From a virus: a stretch of DNA of 64,000 nt. Positions 51,498-60,085 of the stretch are shown piece by piece. Position 1 is the stretch's first letter; every line of letters begins with the position of its first letter. The position numbers and the translations under genes are program-made. The notes under the pieces are model-generated. The model worked only from the letters and a program-made list of their open reading frames with translations, did no database searches and had not been told where the DNA came from. Location of the stretch: IMG/VR virus record IMGVR_UViG_3300013099_000017, positions 64,001 through 128,000 of that record; one strand, written 5' to 3'.

Positions 51498-52126
51498 TGA
51501 AAAGTTATAAAGCATTACAAGAAGAATTAAATAAGCCAAGTGAAGTATTAATTGAAGATATTATGTCAATCATTGCTATTCGTGGGGCAGATCAAACTCA
51601 ATTATATGAAGCATTTGATGCTGATTGTGATCATATCTTAAATGAAGGTATTATGGATGTTCTTAAAATGGATGTTCGTACCGTTGCCAAAAATGTCGAT
51701 GGTTTGCTTAGTAAGGGTTTAAAAAAGGTTGGATTACACACACATAAGGGTAAGGGTATTATCTCTTATATAATGAGTGCAGGTAAAGGTGTGGGTAAAA
51801 TGGTTTTAGCTGGTATCCGTGGTGATTCTGAAACAGTTAAAGAACTTGCTCGAAGTGTTAAAAAAGAAGATGTTTTGGATTTTGTATTAAAACTTGACAT
51901 GGCTACACAACACTTAATTACCGGACCAATTCATATGATCGATGCTTGGACGGGTTGGCATATTGGGGCAAATTTAGAAAACGTTATTCGTGGTAAGGAT
52001 GGTATCGTTGCGAAAATTAAAGGTGCTTTTCAGACAATTAAACAAAATATTGGTCATGTGGTTGATAAAACCCGTGTGGCAGTATTTAATAAAGGTATTA
52101 GTCAACTTGAAGCAGAAATCAGTTAA
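51497..52126 (+). CDS. Putative internal head protein
   Basis: MKSYKALQEE, later ILNEG. Confidence 0.6.
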   Translation: MKSYKALQEELNKPSEVLIEDIMSIIAIRGADQTQLYEAFDADCDHILNEGIMDVLKMDVRTVAKNVDGLLSKGLKKVGLHTHKGKGIISYIMSAGKGVGKMVLAGIRGDSETVKELARSVKKEDVLDFVLKLDMATQHLITGPIHMIDAWTGWHIGANLENVIRGKDGIVAKIKGAFQTIKQNIGHVVDKTRVAVFNKGISQLEAEIS

Positions 52127-52198
52127 TTGGAACTAATTAATAAATAATTGCTTTAATATGTAAAATATGTTAAACTGAGGGGATAAAGGAGAATATTA

Positions 52199-52366
52199 AT
52201 GATATCATATGAAGAATATCTTAATATCAACAGAGGTATTGTTGGTGTTTATCATACAGAAGATGTAGCAAAGAATCAAAAAAAGAAATTAAAGGTATAT
52301 TATTCCGGTTTAAATGTTCAACGAAGTAAATCAGGTGATTATATTCTTTACGGAATACCATTATAA
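52199..52366 (+). CDS. 55-aa putative internal head protein, not in track
   Basis: AAGGAG RBS; MISYEEYLN; TTGCTT-N17-TAAACT promoter upstream. Confidence 0.6.
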   Translation: MISYEEYLNINRGIVGVYHTEDVAKNQKKKLKVYYSGLNVQRSKSGDYILYGIPL

Positions 52367-52382
52367 ATTAAGGAAAAAACAA

Positions 52383-52565
52383 ATGAAAAAGAATTATAAA
52401 GAGTTTTTGGAAGAACAAAGAGAAGTTCTAACAGAAAGTGAAAAATGGGCTAAATCAGAAGCTATGAAAGTTTTAAATGCTCATTTCAAGAAAATGGAAC
52501 ACAAAATGGAAGTATCGGAAGCGGAATCATTTCAAAATTTCATCAATAAAATGAAAAAAGGTTAA
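52383..52565 (+). CDS. Putative internal head protein
   Basis: MKKNYKEFLEE...VLTE; AAGGA RBS. Confidence 0.6.
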   Translation: MKKNYKEFLEEQREVLTESEKWAKSEAMKVLNAHFKKMEHKMEVSEAESFQNFINKMKKG

Positions 52566-52570
52566 GTAAA

Positions 52571-53080
52571 ATGCAACAAAATGCTTACTGGATCAATCCA
52601 AGGGGCAAAATCCTTGATATTGGAATGGGAACACACATTAATCAGATTATTAAATCACCAAAATCGTTTGGATTGACAGAACGTTATATTCGTAATGTCT
52701 ATGAAAAATTTGGTGAGCCAATGAGTCTTGAAGGTAAAGCCCGTGAACAAATCATGTTGGAAGTTATCAAGGATGGATTTGTTCGTATCAGATTGGTTCC
52801 AAATAGATTTTGGTTAGTCAATGCTAATAAATATGATCGAAAATTAAAAAAAGCATTATCTGTTTGGGCTGGTGATGCCAAAGATGTAAAAAATGCAGGT
52901 AAATTTATGCCTGTCAAAATTGTTACTAACAGTGAAGTAGTAAGCACATATGATGTTAATGATTTATATTATGAAAAACATTTGAATGAATCTGATAACA
53001 TATCCGGTTATAATCCTATTATGGTTGAAAGTGTTGAAGATTTCAAATATTCAAAATATCAACAACTTAGGAACTTATGA
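52571..53080 (+). CDS. Hypothetical protein
   Basis: AYWINPRG..L...H motif; no targeting-like N-terminus. Confidence 0.7.
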   Translation: MQQNAYWINPRGKILDIGMGTHINQIIKSPKSFGLTERYIRNVYEKFGEPMSLEGKAREQIMLEVIKDGFVRIRLVPNRFWLVNANKYDRKLKKALSVWAGDAKDVKNAGKFMPVKIVTNSEVVSTYDVNDLYYEKHLNESDNISGYNPIMVESVEDFKYSKYQQLRNL

Positions 53081-53667
53081 AAACATTTAAACAATTTAAT
53101 AAATCAGGTAGAAATGTAGAAATTTCAAAGTATTCATTATCAGATGCTATTGAATATTCACAAAGTCAATTCCGTGAATATGGTAAAGACTTATATGAAG
53201 AAATACCAAACTTTGATAAGAACTTTGAAATAGCTCAAATGAAAGCGAGTACGGGTAGAACATTAAGAAAAGATATGCCTGTAATTTCAAGAAAAGATAT
53301 TGCTGATTTCAAAGTATTTCTTAAAGAAAAAGGTGTTAAATTTAAATTAAAGAAACAGGAAGTTAGTAAATTTCATCCAATTCAAAAACAAATTTATTTA
53401 AATAAATCTATTGATATTATTGCTAAATTTAGTGTTCAAGATTCTAAAAACTTCTTAACTGATTCTAAAACTGTTAGTGTATTATCGAGAGATAATTATC
53501 TTATTGATGGACATCATAGGATGCTTACAGGGTTATTAATAAATCCTAAAATGAAATTTAATACCATTATTGTTGATTTACCTGCAATTGAATTATTACC
53601 ACTAGCGTTAGAATTTTCAGATGATCATACTAGTAATACACGAAACGAATCATATGAAAAAGTTTAA
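53077..53667 (+). CDS. ParB-like N-terminal-domain protein, paralog A
   Basis: MKTFKQF; HPIQKQIY; YLIDGHHR. Confidence 0.75.
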   Translation: MKTFKQFNKSGRNVEISKYSLSDAIEYSQSQFREYGKDLYEEIPNFDKNFEIAQMKASTGRTLRKDMPVISRKDIADFKVFLKEKGVKFKLKKQEVSKFHPIQKQIYLNKSIDIIAKFSVQDSKNFLTDSKTVSVLSRDNYLIDGHHRMLTGLLINPKMKFNTIIVDLPAIELLPLALEFSDDHTSNTRNESYEKV

Positions 53668-54082
53668 AGAATATTTAAAAGAAGAATGGTATCAAACATA
53701 TAAGATACCAAGTTTAAAAGATCCATTAAATATCTTTAAAAATCCATCAAGAAAAGAAATAATGGAATTAGCAAAACAAGATTTTGATAGTTTTAGAGTA
53801 TTATTGATGGATAATGGTGATGTTTATGCATGGTCAAAAGCAATTCATGCACAAGCACATAAAGCATTAAAATTGAATGATAAATTTATTCCTGCTTATA
53901 TTGAATTTGCTGGAAATACTGGTGTAATTACTATTACAGATTTTATAAATAAATCATATTGGGGTGATCATCGTGAAATGGTTGCTGAACAAGTTAGAAC
54001 CAACAAACATTTAAAAAAATTATTCAATAATATAAAAATTGGATATTACAACAAACGTTCAACCGGAGATTGGGAACAATGA
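53654..54082 (+). CDS. Putative internal head protein
   Basis: MKKFKEYLKEE; IFKNPS..E. Confidence 0.6.
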   Translation: MKKFKEYLKEEWYQTYKIPSLKDPLNIFKNPSRKEIMELAKQDFDSFRVLLMDNGDVYAWSKAIHAQAHKALKLNDKFIPAYIEFAGNTGVITITDFINKSYWGDHREMVAEQVRTNKHLKKLFNNIKIGYYNKRSTGDWEQ

Positions 54083-54456
54083 AAAAATTTAAAGATCTAT
54101 TAACTGAAATAACATTACAACGTGCAGTAACAAAAGAACCAATATTGAATAAAATTAAGAAATTATTTCAAAATAAATTCGATAAAACAAATAATAATTT
54201 ATTTTTTATGGATAAAAAAGATGCGATTAAACGATTAAAATCTTATGGATTATCTGATGAAGAAATCAAAACGATTGAAACTGTTGCCTATTCTGAAATG
54301 AAAAAGATTATGACAAAATATAATATTGCTTTTCGTGGAAATGATCCATTTGTACTTCATGGATTTAATTTATTTTGGGAGCGTAGTTTTGGTGATGAAA
54401 AAACTGCCGATAAAGCATATAAAGAATATTTAAATAACATTAAGCAGAAACTATAA
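54079..54456 (+). CDS. Putative internal head protein
   Basis: MKKFKDLLTE. Confidence 0.6.
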   Translation: MKKFKDLLTEITLQRAVTKEPILNKIKKLFQNKFDKTNNNLFFMDKKDAIKRLKSYGLSDEEIKTIETVAYSEMKKIMTKYNIAFRGNDPFVLHGFNLFWERSFGDEKTADKAYKEYLNNIKQKL

Positions 54457-54614
54457 TGAAAAGTTTTAAAGAATTAAACGAAAATGTATTGACAAAAGAA
54501 ATGGATTTTGTTGATGATAGTTCATCAAAATATAATTATTTAGATCAACTTGATAGTCATTTAAGTGGTATAATTACAGTATCAGAAGCTCTTGAAAGGG
54601 AATATAAAAAATGA
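54456..54614 (+). CDS. 52-aa putative internal head protein, not in track
   Basis: TAATG overlap; MKSFKELNE. Confidence 0.55.
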   Translation: MKSFKELNENVLTKEMDFVDDSSSKYNYLDQLDSHLSGIITVSEALEREYKK

Positions 54615-54627
54615 GTGATATAGATAT

Positions 54628-55569
54628 ATGAAAAAATTTAAAGCATTTTTAAAAGAACAACCATCCGAAGCTCAGATAAAAGCTGGGAATTATAAGAAAA
54701 AACATATGCGATTTTGTACTTGTGATATAGCAATTGAAAATCGTAAAGGGTCAGTTCGTTCTGGTACTGATCCCGATGGTAAAGAATGGTCTGTAAAAAT
54801 GCCGTTTGATTATGGTTATATTAAAAGAACCAATGGTGCTGATGGTGATGCTGTTGATGTGTTTGTTGGTCCCGATAAAAAGAGTGAACGTATCTTTACA
54901 ATTAATCAAACTGATGATAAAGGAAAGTTTGATGAACATAAAGTAATGATGGGTTTTACTGACAAAAAGGATGCAGAAAAAGGTTATCTATCTGCATACG
55001 ATAAGGGTTGGTCTAACTATGAGAAAGATATTATAGAAATGGATATTGATACTTTTAAAAAGTGGTTGGATGTTAAATCACAAAAGAAACCAATGACCGA
55101 AAGTTTTGTATTATTACTTAAAGAAAATACCGAGATAAATGGTTTAGCTCAAATGAAAAAATTTGCTAAAAGTGCAATTTTAAAAATGTCCCAAACAGAA
55201 CAGTTATCTGAAATGTCATTTGCTCAAATGAAATCAGTTGAGCAACATGCTGATGATATTTTTTCATCATTAAACATTGATGTTAAGTTAAGGGGTCATT
55301 TCTTTGATAGATTGAATGATGCAAGAAATGGTCGTGAAATTACCGAAGCTGAAATGATACATTTATTTAATGCCACATTTAAAAAGTATGGGGCTAAAAT
55401 AGCTCATATGTCAAAGGGTCATGAAGCTGTTATATTTGATCATATGAATAATATTAATGTTCCATTTTTAATAGACTTTGATAATGTTACCGGACAACTG
55501 GTATTGATACCAAAAACGGTTATGAGAAAAAAGAATTTTCTAACAAGAACACAAAAATTAAAGGTGTAA
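54628..55569 (+). CDS. Phage inorganic-pyrophosphatase-like domain fused to a second domain
   Basis: MKKFKAFLKE; GNYKK..IENRKGS.RSG.D..G..W...YGYI..T.G.DGD..DVF.G...FDEHKVM.G; C-terminal HFFDRLND.RN. Confidence 0.75.
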   Translation: MKKFKAFLKEQPSEAQIKAGNYKKKHMRFCTCDIAIENRKGSVRSGTDPDGKEWSVKMPFDYGYIKRTNGADGDAVDVFVGPDKKSERIFTINQTDDKGKFDEHKVMMGFTDKKDAEKGYLSAYDKGWSNYEKDIIEMDIDTFKKWLDVKSQKKPMTESFVLLLKENTEINGLAQMKKFAKSAILKMSQTEQLSEMSFAQMKSVEQHADDIFSSLNIDVKLRGHFFDRLNDARNGREITEAEMIHLFNATFKKYGAKIAHMSKGHEAVIFDHMNNINVPFLIDFDNVTGQLVLIPKTVMRKKNFLTRTQKLKV

Positions 55570-55571
55570 AA

Positions 55572-55844
55572 ATGAAATCATATAAAGAATTTAACAAATT
55601 ATCAGAAGGATTTGCCAATAAATTAAGGTCTGGTAAAGTTCCGGTTGGTGAATATAGATTTAAATATGTATCAAAGGGAAATGTTGATTTTATATCAAAT
55701 TCAACTAAACATAGAAAAAGTTTAAAAGTAATTGAAAAAGGTAGAGATTATGTTATCATTAATGGTAATGCAAATGATCATTCATCTTTAATTACATCAT
55801 TGCAATCATTTGGGGATATTAACGGTTATGTCGAAGAAGAATAA
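55572..55844 (+). CDS. Putative internal head protein
   Basis: MKSYKEFNKLSE. Confidence 0.6.
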   Translation: MKSYKEFNKLSEGFANKLRSGKVPVGEYRFKYVSKGNVDFISNSTKHRKSLKVIEKGRDYVIINGNANDHSSLITSLQSFGDINGYVEEE

Positions 55845-56190
55845 CAAATACGATCAATTTTTAGATAACATTGAAGATCCTGCCGAAAAAATGGTAAAGG
55901 AAAATAAAATTCCTGTTGATTATAAATTGATCCATAATATGACAAAAGAAATATGGTCATATGAAAATGAAAACGGTGATCTTAGTGAAATATTTAAAAG
56001 TAAAGATGAAGCATTATTAAGTATTTGGAATGAAAAATATTTAAATGAATCATCTAAAGAAAATGGGATGGTTGGTGAAGCGATTGATATATTATCATTA
56101 ACTAATACAAGAATAACGGATTCTTCCATTACATCTAAATTAGAAAAAATCATAAACGAATTAAGTTCGATCCAAAGGAAAATCAAATGA
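55828..56190 (+). CDS. Putative internal head protein
   Basis: MSKKNNKYDQFL; later YLNE. Confidence 0.55.
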   Translation: MSKKNNKYDQFLDNIEDPAEKMVKENKIPVDYKLIHNMTKEIWSYENENGDLSEIFKSKDEALLSIWNEKYLNESSKENGMVGEAIDILSLTNTRITDSSITSKLEKIINELSSIQRKIK

Positions 56191-56492
56191 GTAAATATAA
56201 AGAATATTTAAACGAAGCAAATAGTGGTAAATATGAAATTTATCATGATTCATTAACAAGTGCCGTTCAAGAAATGGAATCATATGTTGTTAAAAATGGT
56301 TATACGTTGGATGATGAAGAAATGGCTGAAACCGTAGGGTTTGGTCCAAAAAAACCTTCTGGTGGAAAAACTAACCGATATACCATGTCGTTATATAAGG
56401 ATGGTAAAAAGCAACGTAAGGCTATTCATTTCCAAGTTTATAATCGTGAAACAAAACGAAACACTTTTGAGTTAAATATGTATATTAGATGA
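56187..56492 (+). CDS. Putative internal head protein
   Basis: MSKYKEYLNEA. Confidence 0.65.
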   Translation: MSKYKEYLNEANSGKYEIYHDSLTSAVQEMESYVVKNGYTLDDEEMAETVGFGPKKPSGGKTNRYTMSLYKDGKKQRKAIHFQVYNRETKRNTFELNMYIR

Positions 56493-56935
56493 AAAAATTT
56501 AAACAATTCTTAAATGATTACAGTAAAAAAGCTCCAGTATTGGAGGCAAAGAATGTCTATGCTGTCAATTTTACATTTAGAGATTTAAAGAAAATCATAC
56601 AACTTGAAGATTCACCAAATGATTATATTGATCAATTAACAACGATCATGAAATTGAGTAATTCAAAAGGTGGTGCAACCATTAATGAAATGATATTTAA
56701 TGGTTGGGAAAAACAAATCAAGAAATATACCAAAGACATTATATTAATTGAAAAATTATCAAATCGTTTCATTAATGGTGATAAATCTGAAACAATTATT
56801 GAAATTTATAAAACCTTTCCTGATGATAAGGAATGGATTAAAGAATTAAATACAAATTCTAATAAAATTAATAAAGAATTAAAAACCCCATTAGAAGAAT
56901 TATTTTTAGCATTAGGTAAAAAAGAATGGATATGA
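56489..56935 (+). CDS. Putative internal head protein
   Basis: MKKFKQFLND..VLEA. Confidence 0.6.
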   Translation: MKKFKQFLNDYSKKAPVLEAKNVYAVNFTFRDLKKIIQLEDSPNDYIDQLTTIMKLSNSKGGATINEMIFNGWEKQIKKYTKDIILIEKLSNRFINGDKSETIIEIYKTFPDDKEWIKELNTNSNKINKELKTPLEELFLALGKKEWI

Positions 56936-57444
56936 AATCATTTAAACAATTTAATGAGGGTAATTTATCTAAACTTAAATCACTAAAAAAGTCCAAAACA
57001 GATAACATCAAATCATTTGATAGATTAGGTAAGGGTGATAAAATTACAATTGGTAATAAAAATATCATTTTATCTAATAGAGTTGAATTGAAAACACATC
57101 CTTATGAACTTGATGGATGGTATATCGCATTAGCACAAGATGGAAATGATTCTTATTATATTACAAAATCTAAAAATTCAGATACTTATAAATTATATAA
57201 AGCATTAAAATTATCACAAGTTGGTTCAGAATATGAACCAATTGCAAAATCACCAAAATTAACTAAAAATAAAATTATTATAGAAGATATAAAAATTCCT
57301 ATAAAAGTTGGTGATATTGTATTGGGTGGTAAATTTAAAAACAAAAAAATCAAAGTTAAATCTATTGGTAAAAATGAAAAAGGTGATATCACCATTAACA
57401 ATAGACCATTATTAAAATTTAGAATAATCGATCAGGATAAATAA
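56932..57444 (+). CDS. Putative internal head protein with a C-terminal SH3-like module
   Basis: MKSFKQFNE; IKVGDIVLGGKFKNKKIKVKSIG. Confidence 0.6.
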   Translation: MKSFKQFNEGNLSKLKSLKKSKTDNIKSFDRLGKGDKITIGNKNIILSNRVELKTHPYELDGWYIALAQDGNDSYYITKSKNSDTYKLYKALKLSQVGSEYEPIAKSPKLTKNKIIIEDIKIPIKVGDIVLGGKFKNKKIKVKSIGKNEKGDITINNRPLLKFRIIDQDK

Positions 57445-57776
57445 TGATGCAAGACATATATCAAGTTATAGTTCGGGGAAATTTTTGGGGTGGTCGATAC
57501 TATGAAGATAGTTTGGATTCTATTTTTGTATTGGCTGATGATAAGCAAGATGCTGTTAATATAGCAAAATCAAATATTGAACAAGTTGAAGTTCATTTTA
57601 GAAATAAAAGGTATTATGGTGGAAAGTTGGCTATTGCTAAACACGATAAATATAAATTTAAAGAACGTAATATTTGTGTTGCCAAAACATCATACCAAAA
57701 AGTTTATAATAAAACATTAACAAAACACGGAAACTTTGAAAAAGTAAATCTAAACACATTAGGGACAAATGAATGA
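57444..57776 (+). CDS. Hypothetical protein
   Basis: 110-aa ORF with TAATG overlap. Confidence 0.65.
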   Translation: MMQDIYQVIVRGNFWGGRYYEDSLDSIFVLADDKQDAVNIAKSNIEQVEVHFRNKRYYGGKLAIAKHDKYKFKERNICVAKTSYQKVYNKTLTKHGNFEKVNLNTLGTNE

Positions 57777-58486
57777 ATACATTTAAACAATATTTAATTG
57801 AAGCTGGACAAGGGGCAGGACAACTTGAATTAGTAAAAACAGACGTTAAAAAAGCAAGGGAATATGCTGAAAAAGATTTTCAAAAATATGATCGTGATTT
57901 AGATGAACAAATTCCTGATTTTGATAAGAATTATTTATTTGCTCAAAAACAAGCAGGGTCAGGTAAAACACAACGTAAAGATATGCCTGTAATTGAAGAA
58001 AAAGATGTTAAGGATTTACAGCGTAGACTAGAAAATGGTCATATTGATATTAAATCACCACATCCTAAAAATACTAAACATCCTTTTCCAAAAGGACTAA
58101 CACAACAAACCGGACATCAATGGTTGGAAAATGGATTAAAGCGTCATGATGGTAGTATTAAAGATGATATCGTAAAAGTTAAGATGGAGCAAGTTACCGT
58201 TGGGTCATTACATCCAATACAAAAACAAATATATTTTGATAAGTCAATTAATCCAATTGCAGAAAATGGTGCTGTTAAATCAAAAGCATTTATGACAGGA
58301 AAAAATACTACTTTCATTATGTCAAAAGATCATTACATCATTGATGGACATCATAGATTTTTAGCTTCTGTATTATTAGATCCAACAATGAAAGTTAATT
58401 CATTGGTTATTGATTTACCAATTAAAGATTTACTACCATTAACATTATCCTACTCAGATGCAGTAGGAAACAAAAGGAACGCATAA
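57773..58486 (+). CDS. ParB-like N-terminal-domain protein, paralog B
   Basis: MNTFKQYLIEA; KDMPVI; HPIQKQIY; YIIDGHHR. Confidence 0.75.
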   Translation: MNTFKQYLIEAGQGAGQLELVKTDVKKAREYAEKDFQKYDRDLDEQIPDFDKNYLFAQKQAGSGKTQRKDMPVIEEKDVKDLQRRLENGHIDIKSPHPKNTKHPFPKGLTQQTGHQWLENGLKRHDGSIKDDIVKVKMEQVTVGSLHPIQKQIYFDKSINPIAENGAVKSKAFMTGKNTTFIMSKDHYIIDGHHRFLASVLLDPTMKVNSLVIDLPIKDLLPLTLSYSDAVGNKRNA

Positions 58487-58487
58487 C

Positions 58488-58754
58488 ATGGCATTTACAC
58501 ATATACCAAATAACTCAGATTGGGAATACGATAACGCACCTCCTGACCCTGGAGGAAAACAATCTAATTTGTGGAATAAACAAGTTAATGGTATTCGTGT
58601 TAATTCTGGTGGTGATGAAGTTTACTCACATTGTCGAAAAATTGGAACAAGTGTACAAACTTCCGGTGAGTTAAATAAATCTTATTGGGATAATCAAAGA
58701 ATATCATTTAATGTTACTGGTGGTTCCGGTGAATCAGTACATGTTGCTAATTAA
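58488..58754 (+). CDS. Hypothetical protein
   Basis: 88-aa Gly/Asn-rich ORF. Confidence 0.6.
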   Translation: MAFTHIPNNSDWEYDNAPPDPGGKQSNLWNKQVNGIRVNSGGDEVYSHCRKIGTSVQTSGELNKSYWDNQRISFNVTGGSGESVHVAN

Positions 58755-58759
58755 CATTG

Positions 58760-58767
58760 TATAAATA
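58760..58767 (+). promoter_or_regulatory. T4-type late promoter
   Basis: TATAAATA upstream of ATG 58784. Confidence 0.7.
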
Positions 58768-58783
58768 ATTACATGGAATTAAT

Positions 58784-59221
58784 ATGAAAAATCTCTTTGA
58801 AGATGGTGAACCAACAAATAGTGTAAGTGCTGGATCAATGGATTCACATGAAGCAACTGATGGTAAAAGAAAAAAAGAAAAAACAAAAATAGCAAGGCGT
58901 AAAAAAATGAAAAAATATAAAGAATATCAGGAATCATTGAAAGAAGATCATGTTGATGATGGTTGGGTTCAATATCAATATGAAGATTCAACATCAATGA
59001 AAAAAGCAGTTGTTAATTTAAATATTTCACCAGAAGATTATGTTATGTATCCTGTTGAAAAATATATTGAATTTAAAAAAGAAAGTGATTTGGAAGCAGT
59101 TTTAAAAATCATTGACGATCCACATCATCAAAAACCATTCCATCCATATCACGAACATGAACATGATGATCATATAAGTGATTATGAATACGATTATGAA
59201 GAAGAAGATTTAGAATTATAA
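58784..59221 (+). CDS. Late hypothetical protein with an acidic His-rich tail
   Basis: LFEDGEPTNSV; internal MKKYKEYQE at 58907. Confidence 0.65.
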   Translation: MKNLFEDGEPTNSVSAGSMDSHEATDGKRKKEKTKIARRKKMKKYKEYQESLKEDHVDDGWVQYQYEDSTSMKKAVVNLNISPEDYVMYPVEKYIEFKKESDLEAVLKIIDDPHHQKPFHPYHEHEHDDHISDYEYDYEEEDLEL

Positions 59222-59244
59222 TATCAAATTAAGGAAGTTAAACA

Positions 59245-59667
59245 ATGAGTAAAAATATAAACATAGCACCAAGTTATTGTCCGAAAGCCAAAGCAACTAA
59301 ACGTGGTTGGGAAGATCCTGAAACTGGTGAATTATTGGTATCCAATAAAAGTTTGGATTTAGAGTTAATTAATTCTGGTGTTTCATTAAATGATGTTGTT
59401 TCAGCAAACGTTGAAACTACCACAAAAGATGAAACCTTATATGATGAATTAGTTGAAATGAATAAGGAATTGGAAGAATTAGTTGAAATGAATAAGGAAT
59501 TGGAAGAAGAACCTGTTGAATTGGCAGAAAAAACCGAAGAAAAAATTAATTTAAGTACCATGAATAAAACTGAAATCATTGCTTATGCTGAGAATGTTTT
59601 AGATTTAGAATTGAGTATGGATGATACTAAAAAAAGTTTAATTGAACAAATAAAAAACCAAAAGTAA
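59245..59667 (+). CDS. Conserved T4-like protein upstream of primase
   Basis: RGWEDPETGELLVS; C-terminal K.EI..YA...L.L..TK..LI. Confidence 0.65.
   Translation: MSKNINIAPSYCPKAKATKRGWEDPETGELLVSNKSLDLELINSGVSLNDVVSANVETTTKDETLYDELVEMNKELEELVEMNKELEEEPVELAEKTEEKINLSTMNKTEIIAYAENVLDLELSMDDTKKSLIEQIKNQK
59446..59505 (+). repeat. Perfect 30-bp in-frame tandem duplication
   Basis: GAATTAGTTGAAATGAATAAGGAATTGGAA x2 (ELVEMNKELE). Confidence 0.9.
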
Positions 59668-59670
59668 AAT

Positions 59671-60024
59671 ATGAATGATAATGATGATTTTGTTCAGTAT
59701 TGTATAAAAAACTACAAAGCACGTTTTTTCTCACTGGATGAATTTAAAAAAGATTTAAGTACCGTAACCAATATTAAAAAAATGTTATCACGGTACTTAA
59801 CATCCAATAAAATTAATGAAAGACTTGTTTTAAATCATGTAATTACACTCAATAATGTATTTGGTGTGGAAGCAACTAATGTTATATTATTCTATAAATT
59901 GGAAGATAAATTTTATCCTGCCATTAAATCTATATTAATATTTCTTAATATATACATTCAGAGCAATCTTACACATAGAATAAAACAAGATGTTAAATTA
60001 ACCGATTTATTAGAAATATCTTGA
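59671..60024 (+). CDS. Conserved T4-like hypothetical protein
   Basis: EFKKDL...IK....RY......ERLVLNH.I.L.NVFG pattern recalled from T4-like phages. Confidence 0.75.
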   Translation: MNDNDDFVQYCIKNYKARFFSLDEFKKDLSTVTNIKKMLSRYLTSNKINERLVLNHVITLNNVFGVEATNVILFYKLEDKFYPAIKSILIFLNIYIQSNLTHRIKQDVKLTDLLEIS

Positions 60025-60049
60025 CATAATATATATATTGTGCTAAACT
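60021..60049 (+). promoter_or_regulatory. Consensus sigma70 promoter for primase
   Basis: TTGACA-N17-TAAACT with TG extension. Confidence 0.75.
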
Positions 60050-60085
60050 GGGTCAAATGAAATAAATTCATAATGAGAACGATTA

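Noticed and set aside
59446-59505. 30-bp tandem duplication as a functional repeat system
   Set aside because: A single in-frame duplication in an acidic linker; ordinary slippage
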